A stretch of 64,000 nt of DNA from an uncultured delta proteobacterium. Lineage in GTDB: Bacteria > Myxococcota_A > Polyangia > Polyangiales > Polyangiaceae. Positions 1 through 7,779 of this stretch are shown here, piece after piece. The stretch's first letter is position 1. Every line of letters begins with the position of its first letter. Location: the NCBI GenBank assembly GCA_963841435.1, contig CAWJCS010000005.1, positions 1,760,001-1,824,000 of the forward strand. Reading direction: 5' to 3'. The position numbers and the translations under genes are program-made. The notes below the pieces were generated by a model that saw only the letters and a program-made list of their open reading frames with translations, was not told the DNA's origin and did no database searches.

Positions 1-27
1 GACGGGTGACGCGGGGCGCCGCGGCGC

Positions 28-564
28 TCAGAGAAGGAGCGAAAGGAGGCGCTCGGGGTCGGCGTCGACGAGCAAGAGCTCGAGATCCCGTTCTCGCAGG
101 AAGCCGCGCTCGTGAGCATGCTTCATCAGCGCGACGAGGGGCTGAAAGTAGCCGCCCACGTCGAGCACGCCGATGGGCTTTTCGTGAAAGCCGAGCTGCG
201 CCCAGCTCCAGACCTCGAACAGCTCTTCCAGGGTTCCGAGCCCGCCGGGCAGGACCATGAACGCGTCGGACAGCGTTGCCATGCGCGCTTTGCGCTCGTG
301 CATCGTGTCCACGTAGTGAAGCTCGGTGAGGGCGGCGTGTGCGAGCTCGCGATCGGCGAGACTTCGCGGAATGACGCCGACCGCGGCGCCACCCTGAGCA
401 AGCACCGCGTCGGCGAGCGCTCCCATGACGCCGCCGCCTCCGCCGCCGTACACGAGGCGGATGCCACGGCGCGCGAGCAGCGCCCCGACGCTTCGCGCCG
501 CCTCGAGCGCCAGGCCGTCGTGCCCCGGGCTCGCACCGCAAAACACGCAAAGGCTCGACGGCAT
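28..564 (-). CDS. LOG family protein (TIGR00730 Rossmann-fold nucleotide monophosphate phosphoribohydrolase)
   Basis: CVFCGAS, LVYGGG..GVMG, MHERKARM and PGGLGTLEE motifs. ATG at 564 overlaps the upstream stop (ATGA). Confidence 0.92.
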   Translation of the reverse strand: MPSSLCVFCGASPGHDGLALEAARSVGALLARRGIRLVYGGGGGGVMGALADAVLAQGGAAVGVIPRSLADRELAHAALTELHYVDTMHERKARMATLSDAFMVLPGGLGTLEELFEVWSWAQLGFHEKPIGVLDVGGYFQPLVALMKHAHERGFLRERDLELLLVDADPERLLSLLL

Positions 565-1211
565 CAGAAGGGTCCGAGCACGCTGTTCTTCGCCGGTCGC
601 TCGATCCCCGCCCAGGCGGCGACGCTCGGCCGCCGCCACACGGCTTCGGCGTAGTCGCGCAGGCGCCGGGGCACGGGGTCGCCGTTCTTGACGAGGCGCA
701 TCACCGCGAACGCGAGGTCCGCGTCGGCGACGCAAAATTCGGCGAACAACGTGGTCCGCCCTTCGCCGAGCAGCGTGTCGGCGATGCGAACCAGCTTGTC
801 GGCATCGGCCCGGGCTCGATCACCGAGCGGGGCATCCGCGCGCTCGAGAAACAGGCTGCTCGACGGTCGCTCCGCGCGGAGCGCCGTGATGTCGGAGCGT
901 AGCCAGCCGAGCACCTGGCGAGAGCGCGCGCGCTCGTGCAAGTTGACGGGCAAGACGCGGGCGTGGGGCGGCGGCAACGTCTCTTCGAGGTACTCGACAA
1001 TCGCGAGTGACTCGCTGAGCGAAAAGTCGCCGTCCGTGAGCGTCGGCACGCGCGCCGTGAGCGAGCGCTCGACGAACTCGGGCGTGCGCTGCTCACCGCG
1101 CGACAGCCTCACGATGCGGAGCTCGAACGGCACGCCCTTCTCCGCGAGCGCCACGAACGCGGTGAACACGAAGGGGCTATCGAGATGCGACTCGCCGTAC
1201 AGCGTCAGCAT
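564..1211 (-). CDS. Glutathione S-transferase, YfcF-like
   Basis: MLTLYGESHLDSPFVFTAFVALAEKG, SLTARVPTL, LSESLAIVEYLEE, WLRSD and ADADLA match the YfcF-type GST pattern. Start set at ATG 1211. Confidence 0.85.
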   Translation of the reverse strand: MLTLYGESHLDSPFVFTAFVALAEKGVPFELRIVRLSRGEQRTPEFVERSLTARVPTLTDGDFSLSESLAIVEYLEETLPPPHARVLPVNLHERARSRQVLGWLRSDITALRAERPSSSLFLERADAPLGDRARADADKLVRIADTLLGEGRTTLFAEFCVADADLAFAVMRLVKNGDPVPRRLRDYAEAVWRRPSVAAWAGIERPAKNSVLGPF

Positions 1212-1388
1212 GCGGCGGAGCCTAACCCCGTGCGCTCTGCTCGGGGGAACATCGGTCGGCCGCGACGCCGCGGCGCGCGGCGAAGTGCCTCGCAGCCATC
1301 GCCGTCGCGCCTCCGTGAGCGGGCGTGCGCAGGGAACGGTCCCCGCCGCCATCGGCGCGCCTCCGAAGGTACGTTGTGCTGCGGCGGG

Positions 1389-1437
1389 CGCGGCTCGGGC
1401 GCGGCTCGTACGCGGCTCGTACGCGGCTCGTACGCGG
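1389..1437. repeat. 11-bp tandem repeat (CGCGGCTCGTA), about 4 copies, in a divergent intergenic region
   Basis: Exact copies at 1400, 1411 and 1422, one degenerate copy at 1389. Confidence 0.8.
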
Positions 1438-1702
1438 GGTCGTCCCTCTGGCCCGCTGGTTCCGCGGAGGTCCGTCGGGTCAATGCATGCGCGGGCTTCT
1501 GCGCCGTCAACCTCATTTTGGCTGCGCCATTGGGTAACCGTGTTCAAGGGCTCGAATTGATTCATGAGTTCATGCTGCTCCGCAGCGCCACGCGCTCAGG
1601 TGGCCGAGTCAAACGACAATTTTCGCGGTTCCCGCCTCGCGCCGCCGCCACGCCAGGCATTTCACCCGACGGATCCACCGCGCTCCCCACACTCAGCCAC
1701 GA

Positions 1703-3049
1703 ATGAAGAGCTCCGGAGGTGGACATCAGCGTGGCGCGCGGCGCGGCGTGACCGCGGTCCGAGCGGGCCGTTGTTCGCTGGTCGGCGCCGGGACGCCGCT
1801 TCGGGCGACGCCGTCCGTCGCCGGGGCGGCCCTTCGGGCCGTGGCGGGCTGGCGCACCGCCGCAGTGTGCACGCTCGCGGCTGGCGCCCTGCTCGTGTCG
1901 GCGTGTCAGCTCCCGGTTCTCGATGACGAACCCGGCACAGGCGGTAGCGCTGGCACCGCCGGTGCGGGTGGCGCCACGAGCGCCGGCGGCAGCAGCGGCA
2001 CGAGCGCCGGTGGCACGACGAACGCAACGGGCGGCACCGCAACGGGCGGCACCGCAACGGGCGGCACCGGCGGCACGATCACCATCGTCGAGCCGGGCGA
2101 CACGGGCGGCACCCTGTCGTCAGGCTCCGGCCTTGAGTTTCCCGGCATCGGAACGCCACCCACGATCCCGTGCTCGACGGCCGGCGACGGCCAGTCGGTG
2201 GCGTACGCCTTCTGCGATCAGGTCGTCTGGAACGTCGCGCCCGCAGCGCGCGTCCTCTACTCTTGGACGACGGCCGAGCAGGCCGCCGAGCTTCGTGCCG
2301 ACCGCGTGCTGCTCACGCGCACCGAAACACCGGGCCTCGGGCGCGGCTACGCCTTCACCTCGATCGACGAGCTTGCGGCACGCGGGAACGCCCCGGAAAA
2401 CCAGCTGCTCGCGAAGCTGAGCTCCGAGCTCTTCACCAAAGTTCGCTACGCCTGGCCGCACGCGTGGGCCACGCGCATGGGCTGGCCCGGCGAGGACTAC
2501 GGCGACCAGCTTTTGCGCATCGTGCTCAAGCCGGAAGCGTGGATCGTGGTCGTGAGCGATCGCGTGGGCATGGTCGTCATCGATCTACAAAACCAGATCG
2601 TCCCCATCGAGGATGCGCTCGCGAACAGTGAGCGCATCGGTGCCATCTTCTTTTACAAGGTCGACGTCACGGGCCAGGGGACATTCCACTCGTGCAGCGG
2701 CGGCTACCGCGAGTTCATCGTCGGCAACGAGGCCATGATCGAAGAGTGGTCCCTCGGCACGGAGCAAATTCGCGCCGAGCTCGAGCAAGACGCCGCCCGG
2801 CTCGAAGCTTTCTTCGAGCTCGTTCGTCCCGCGCCCCCGAGCCTGAGCAGCGCGACCTACAACGCGATCGTCGTCTGCAACTGGGACTTTGCACCGAGCG
2901 ACGACGTCGGCACGTACGAACGCTCCCTCTCGATCCCGAGCGACTACTACGTGCCCCTGCCCGCCGAGCTTGCGGCCCTCGTCGAAACGCTGCGCGCAAG
3001 CCTGTTCGAGCCCGATCCGCTCGTCGTTACCCCCGGAGGTTCGCCATGA
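1703..3049 (+). CDS. Hypothetical lipoprotein with Gly/Thr-rich linker (start uncertain)
   Basis: Lipobox-like LLVSAC, GGTAT repeats, then a globular domain. Stop overlaps the next ATG (ATGA). Confidence 0.75.
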   Translation: MKSSGGGHQRGARRGVTAVRAGRCSLVGAGTPLRATPSVAGAALRAVAGWRTAAVCTLAAGALLVSACQLPVLDDEPGTGGSAGTAGAGGATSAGGSSGTSAGGTTNATGGTATGGTATGGTGGTITIVEPGDTGGTLSSGSGLEFPGIGTPPTIPCSTAGDGQSVAYAFCDQVVWNVAPAARVLYSWTTAEQAAELRADRVLLTRTETPGLGRGYAFTSIDELAARGNAPENQLLAKLSSELFTKVRYAWPHAWATRMGWPGEDYGDQLLRIVLKPEAWIVVVSDRVGMVVIDLQNQIVPIEDALANSERIGAIFFYKVDVTGQGTFHSCSGGYREFIVGNEAMIEEWSLGTEQIRAELEQDAARLEAFFELVRPAPPSLSSATYNAIVVCNWDFAPSDDVGTYERSLSIPSDYYVPLPAELAALVETLRASLFEPDPLVVTPGGSP

Positions 3050-5079
3050 CGCCCGCTCGCCCGAAGACCGTCGCCCTCGTCGGGGCCGTCACGCTCGGCG
3101 CCCTCACCGCCGCGTGCTCCGACACCGTGGCGCCGCGCCAACTCGTGCCGGCACCGCCCGCGACGACCGCCGGCACGACGGCGCCGCCCACGCCGACCGT
3201 CACGATCGCTCCCACGGCGACGACGACACCGCCGCCCCCCACGCCCAGCTCGACGACGACGACGATCACCCCGACGCCCGAACCGACCGCGACCGTCACA
3301 CCGATCGACGAGCGCCCGCCGCTCTTCGCCGATCCGGTGCGCACGGCACCCGCGGCCCCCATCGCGGGCGGCACCTTGCTGGTCACGCAAGACGGCACGA
3401 CGGCCGTCGCCGCCGACCCCGACCGCGACCAGGTCTTCCTCGTCAATCTCGCATCGCGCGCCGTGCGCTCCGTTTTCGTGCCGCCCGGCGACGAGCTCGG
3501 CCGCGTCCTCGAAGGCCCGCCCGGGCGCGTGTACGTCGCGGCCCGGCGCGGCGGCGTGCTGCTCGCCATCGACATTGCTGCCGCCACCGTCACGGGCCGC
3601 TACCCCGTGTGCAACGCGCCGCGCGGCCTCGCGTACGACCCACAGAACGGCCGCGTGCTCGTCGCGTGTCGCTCCGGGCACCTGGTCTCGCTCGACGCCG
3701 AAACGGGCGCCGTCCTCACGACGTGGGAGCTCGGCGAGGACCTACGCGACGTGCTCCTCGTCAACGGCTCGCTCATCGTCACGCGCTTTCGCAGCGCCGA
3801 GGTCCTGCTCGTCGATAGCGAGGGCGCCATCACGGCGCGTAGCGCCCCGCCCACGTCGAGCAGCCTCGTTCCCTCGGTCGCGTTTCGCGGTGTCGCCCTT
3901 CCGAACGGCATGATGCTCATGGCGCACCAGGTCGAAAGCAGCGCCCCGCTCGGCACGGGCTTCGGCGCCTACTACGGCGGCGGTTGCTCGGGCGGTGGCG
4001 TCGTCGAACAGGTGCTGAGCGTCGTCTCGCCCGACGGCACGCCGCTCCCCCTGCCCGAGCCCGGCAGCGAAACCGCATCGCTCGGCTTCGCTCCCACGGT
4101 GAGCGCGCCGACGGCGCCATTTCCCATCGCCTGGCGCATCATCGGCGGCGCGCTCGGCCCGCTCGACCTCGCCGTCACGCGTGACGGCAAGCGCGTCGCC
4201 GTCGTCGCGAGCGGCAACGCCTGGCTCGTGAAGAGCGAGCTACCGACGCTCTATGTCACCTCGCTCGACCTCGAGCACGACACGCCGCCCGCGGCCTTCA
4301 GCCAGGGCACGTGCAACGGCGCCGCCCTGCACGCGCGCTACCTCGCCGGCGAGCCCGTCGCCGTCGCCTTCGACGCCGCCGGCCGCTACGTCGTCCAATC
4401 GCGCGAGCCTGCCATGCTCGAGCTCGAGGGCGACATCTTCGTCCCGCTGAGCGACGAGTCGCACTTCGACACGGGCTTCGCCATGTTCCACATGAACTCG
4501 AGCGGGGGCATCTCGTGCGCCTCGTGCCACCCCGAAGGCGGCGACGACGGCCGCGTCTGGTCCTTCACGCAAGTGGGTTTGAGGCGGTCGCAGGCGCTCG
4601 AAGGTGGCGTCACCTCGCGCGCACCGTTCCACTGGTCCGGCGACCTCACGACCTTCGACGACCTCTTCAGCGAAGTGATGCTAAAGCGCATGGCCCTCCC
4701 GCTCACGCCGCCCCCCGAAGACGTGCAGGCGCTCGCCAGCTGGCTCGACACCGTCCCCGCGCTCGCCCCCGCCGACGGCCTCGACCCCCAAGAAGTCGAG
4801 CGCGGCCGCGCCCTCTTCGACGACACGACGATTGGCTGCGCCAAGTGCCACACGGGCCCCGCCTACACCGACAACCGCACCTACGACGTTGGCACCGGCG
4901 GAGACTTCGTCACCCCCTCCCTACTCGGCGTCGCCCTCCGCGCCCCCCTCATGCACGACGGCTGCGCCGCCGACCTCGCCGCCCGCTTCGGCCCCTGCGG
5001 CGGCGCCTCCCACGGCGACACAACGTCACTAACCCCCTCCGACCGCACCGCCCTCGTCACCTTCATGCGCTCACTGTGA
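3046..5079 (+). CDS. Lipoprotein with beta-propeller (YVTN-like) region and di-haem cytochrome c (CCP/MauG-like) C-terminus
   Basis: Lipobox LTAAC, Pro/Thr linker, PRGLAYD and LDLAVT blade-like repeats, CASCH and CAKCH haem motifs, TPSLLGV..RAPLMHDG. Confidence 0.82.
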   Translation: MTPARPKTVALVGAVTLGALTAACSDTVAPRQLVPAPPATTAGTTAPPTPTVTIAPTATTTPPPPTPSSTTTTITPTPEPTATVTPIDERPPLFADPVRTAPAAPIAGGTLLVTQDGTTAVAADPDRDQVFLVNLASRAVRSVFVPPGDELGRVLEGPPGRVYVAARRGGVLLAIDIAAATVTGRYPVCNAPRGLAYDPQNGRVLVACRSGHLVSLDAETGAVLTTWELGEDLRDVLLVNGSLIVTRFRSAEVLLVDSEGAITARSAPPTSSSLVPSVAFRGVALPNGMMLMAHQVESSAPLGTGFGAYYGGGCSGGGVVEQVLSVVSPDGTPLPLPEPGSETASLGFAPTVSAPTAPFPIAWRIIGGALGPLDLAVTRDGKRVAVVASGNAWLVKSELPTLYVTSLDLEHDTPPAAFSQGTCNGAALHARYLAGEPVAVAFDAAGRYVVQSREPAMLELEGDIFVPLSDESHFDTGFAMFHMNSSGGISCASCHPEGGDDGRVWSFTQVGLRRSQALEGGVTSRAPFHWSGDLTTFDDLFSEVMLKRMALPLTPPPEDVQALASWLDTVPALAPADGLDPQEVERGRALFDDTTIGCAKCHTGPAYTDNRTYDVGTGGDFVTPSLLGVALRAPLMHDGCAADLAARFGPCGGASHGDTTSLTPSDRTALVTFMRSL

Positions 5080-5108
5080 CCCCCGCGCGCGGCGCGCACC
5101 GCGAGCGG

Positions 5109-5157
5109 CGGGTGTCGCGCTTGTTCCCGTTCGTCGCGTCGCCGCGCGACGCACCCG
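5109..5157. terminator. GC-rich imperfect hairpin between the cytochrome gene and the RAYT gene (terminator or REP-like)
   Basis: CGGGTGTCGCGC pairs with GCGCGACGCACCCG (2-nt bulge); an inner GCGTCGC-CGC-GCGACGC hairpin is also possible. Confidence 0.4.
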
Positions 5158-5288
5158 CGCACTTGCACGAGCTTTCGCAATGTCTCCGAGCCCGGATGCC
5201 GTAACCCGCCCCGGCGCCCCAAGCCCCCAGCTTGTCCACAGATAAAGGCTTGAGTTGCGGTCAATCATATGATATAGCCCTAATCAAG

Positions 5289-6404
5289 ATGGCAATGGGG
5301 TCCAGGGCTGGGGCAAGCCGCTCACCAACGCGACCATCGAGCCCGCGGCCGGGCTCACGCCAGGCGCAAGCAGCTCGCCATCCACGCCCAGCGTCTCGAG
5401 CTCGCTCTTCGGACGCGGGCGGCGCGCCGCGGGGCGCGCCGCGAGCGCAGCTCGCGCTGCCGTTGTCTGGCGGATGGGGTGGCGCGCGTCCTGGTGCTGG
5501 TCGCAAGCCGGGGTCTCGCCGGGCGACGCCGCATCGCGCGCGTCCCGAGCACCGTTCGTATCAACCGGTGCACGTCACGCTGCGCGCGGCGCTCGGGCCC
5601 TTGCGCAGCCAGCACCTGTTCCCGACGGTGCGGCTCGCGCTCGTGCGCTCGGGTCGCGCCACGCCAGAGTCCTTTCGAATCGTGCAGTTCTCCGTGCAAA
5701 ACGACCATCTGCACCTCATCGTGGAGGCGCGCTCGAAACGCGCGCTGTCGAGCGGCATGCGCTCGCTTGCCATCCGCACGGCCCGCTACGTCAACGATCT
5801 TCTCCAACGACGCGGCCGCTTTTGGGCGGACCGCTGGCACGGTCGTGCGCTCACCTCACCGCGCGAGGTGCGCGCGGGGCTCGTCTACGTGCTCGCGAAT
5901 TTCCGCAAGCACGCGCGGCGTCCCCCGCCGCTCGGCATCGACCCGTGCTCCTCCGCCGCGTGGTTTGGCGGGTTTGCTGGCTATCACCCCGGGCGCGATC
6001 CCGTTCCGTACGCAAGCGGCCTGCCACCGCCCTCGCAGGGCGTCGGCGTGCCCGTGTCGCCCGCGCGCACCTGGCTCGTGACGACGGGCTGGCGTCGCCT
6101 CGCTCCGCTCGGGCTCGCCGAAGCGCCCGCAGGGCCGCGGGACGCTCGGAAGGCACGCGCCGTTCGGCAACCCCGAGCGCCGCGCCGCGAGTCACCGCCG
6201 CTCGCCGTGGCGCCGCGCCGCCCGCCGCCGTGTCCACCGCCGCACGAAGCAGGGCCCACACGCGGCGCGCCGACGCGTCGTGCGTCGCGCGCTCGACACG
6301 AGAGCCCGCCCAGCGACCACACCCCGCGCTCGTTGGCGGCGCTCGTCGCTCCGACCACGGGCCCCACGCGGCATTCGACGCGAACGCGCCGCGGCTCACC
6401 GTAA
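5289..6404 (+). mobile_element. Y1 HUH transposase, REP-associated tyrosine transposase (RAYT)-like
   Basis: PVHVTLR, FSVQNDHLHLIVEA (HUH), RGRFWADRW, YVLAN (catalytic Tyr), DPCSS. Low-complexity C-terminal tail; start uncertain. Confidence 0.85.
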
Positions 6405-6428
6405 CCTCACGCACTTCATGGGCCTGCC

Positions 6429-6953
6429 ATGCCGCGCACCATCGAGAAACCCGAAGCCCTGACGCTCCTCGAGGCGAACCGACGAGCGCTGCTCGGCTCC
6501 GACGAAACGTGCGTCATGTGCGCGCTCGTCCGTCGTGCGTCAGGGAGCCCGGAGCTGCTCGCCGAAAGCGAGCATGGCGTCGCGCTGCTCGACCGCTTCG
6601 GCTCGCGTCCCGGGCACTCCATCGTCATTGCCCGCACACACGTCGAGGAAACGACGGCCCTCGGCTGGTCCGTCTACGCGGACCTGCAACGCCTCGCGTA
6701 CCAAGCCTGTGGCGCCCTGGAGCGCGAGCTCGCCCCGGCGCGCACGTTCGTCGCCGTGCTCGGGGCAAGCGCGCAGCTTCCCATGAGCTTTCCGCACTTT
6801 CACATCCACGTCCTTCCCGTCTTCGAAACGGGTGAAGGCGCGCGCCCGGCGCACGTCTTCTCGTGGAGCGCCGGCGTCCTCGTCTACGAAGACGACGAAG
6901 CCCGCACCCTCGCCGCGCGCCTCCGCTCCGCCTGGCCCACCGCGGCCTCTTAG
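6429..6953 (+). CDS. HIT family nucleotide hydrolase
   Basis: CVMC Zn motif, PGHSIVIARTHVE and PHFHIHVLP (HxHxHxx histidine triad). Confidence 0.85.
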   Translation: MPRTIEKPEALTLLEANRRALLGSDETCVMCALVRRASGSPELLAESEHGVALLDRFGSRPGHSIVIARTHVEETTALGWSVYADLQRLAYQACGALERELAPARTFVAVLGASAQLPMSFPHFHIHVLPVFETGEGARPAHVFSWSAGVLVYEDDEARTLAARLRSAWPTAAS

Positions 6954-7058
6954 TGCCAAGAGCCCGCGATACGTTCGACAAATTCGGAGTTCACTCGCGG
7001 GACTCAGGTCACGAGCCACGAAACGGCCGCCAGGGCTGCCCCCGACCCGTCGGTGCTC

Positions 7059-7124
7059 GCCCCTGCGGGGCTGCGCGCCGCCGACCACCCCCAAATCGCG
7101 CGCTCGGCGCGCTCAGGGGGTGGT
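7059..7124. repeat. Two adjacent hairpins (REP-like or terminator)
   Basis: GCCCC-TGC-GGGGC at 7059-7071; ACCACCCCC (7084-7092) pairs with GGGGGTGGT (7116-7124). Confidence 0.55.
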
Positions 7125-7135
7125 TCTCACGGTCC

Positions 7136-7680
7136 GTCGCCGTTCGCACGCCGTCCGTCGCCGAGCGTCGCTGTTCATGCGCGGCGCGGTTCGCCATCGT
7201 TAACTCGCTGTTCGCCGCCGCTTCGGGTCGTGCGTCCCCGAGCGTCGCCGTTCGCACGCCGTCCGTCGCGGTTCGCACGCCGTCCGTCGCCGCTCGCATG
7301 CCGCGCGTCGCGGTTCGCATGCCGCGCGTCGCCGTTCGCGCGCCGCGCGTCGCCGTTCGCGCGCCGTGCGTCGCCGTTCGCGCGCCGTGCGTCGCCGTTC
7401 GCACGCCGCGCGTCGCGGTTCGCCATCGTTCACTCGCTGTTCGCCGCCGCTTCGGGCCGTTCGCACGCCGCGCGTCGCCGCTCGCATGCCGCGCGTCGCC
7501 GTTCGCATGCCGTGCGTCGCCGTTCGCACGCCGCGCGTCGCCGTTCGCACGCCGCGCGTCGCCGTTCGCACGCCGCGCGTCGCCGCTCGCACGCCGCGCG
7601 TCGCCGCTCGCACGCCGCGCGTCGCCGTTCGCGCGCCGTGCGTCGCCGTTCGCGCGCCGTGCGTCGCCGTTCGCTCGCCG
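7136..7680. repeat. 21-bp tandem repeat array (consensus GTCGCCGTTCGCACGCCGCGC), about 20 units with a duplicated ~42-bp interruption
   Basis: Contiguous 21-bp periodicity from 7244 to 7411 and from 7474 to 7680. The variant block CGCGGTTCGCCATCGTTMACTCGCTGTTCGCCGCCGCTTCGGG occurs at ~7185 and ~7414. Confidence 0.95.
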
Positions 7681-7779
7681 TATTCCCGCCGGCTCGTCGC
7701 GTTGGTCGCGTGGCGCGTTGGTCGCGCGGGTGGCTGGGTCCGTGGTCGTGTGAGCGGCGCCTAACCGCCGCTCGCTGCG

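Noticed and set aside
1526-1540. Similar GCCATT(T)GGGTWACC motif here and at ~50857-50872 as a shared operator
   Set aside because: Only two imperfect instances next to unrelated genes; this could be chance.
5232-5240. DnaA-box-like TTGTCCACA next to an AT-rich patch (possible origin)
   Set aside because: It is a single box with no cluster and no replication genes; more likely part of the RAYT promoter region.
7136-7680. CRISPR array
   Set aside because: Units are head-to-tail with no unique spacers, and no cas genes are present in the window.
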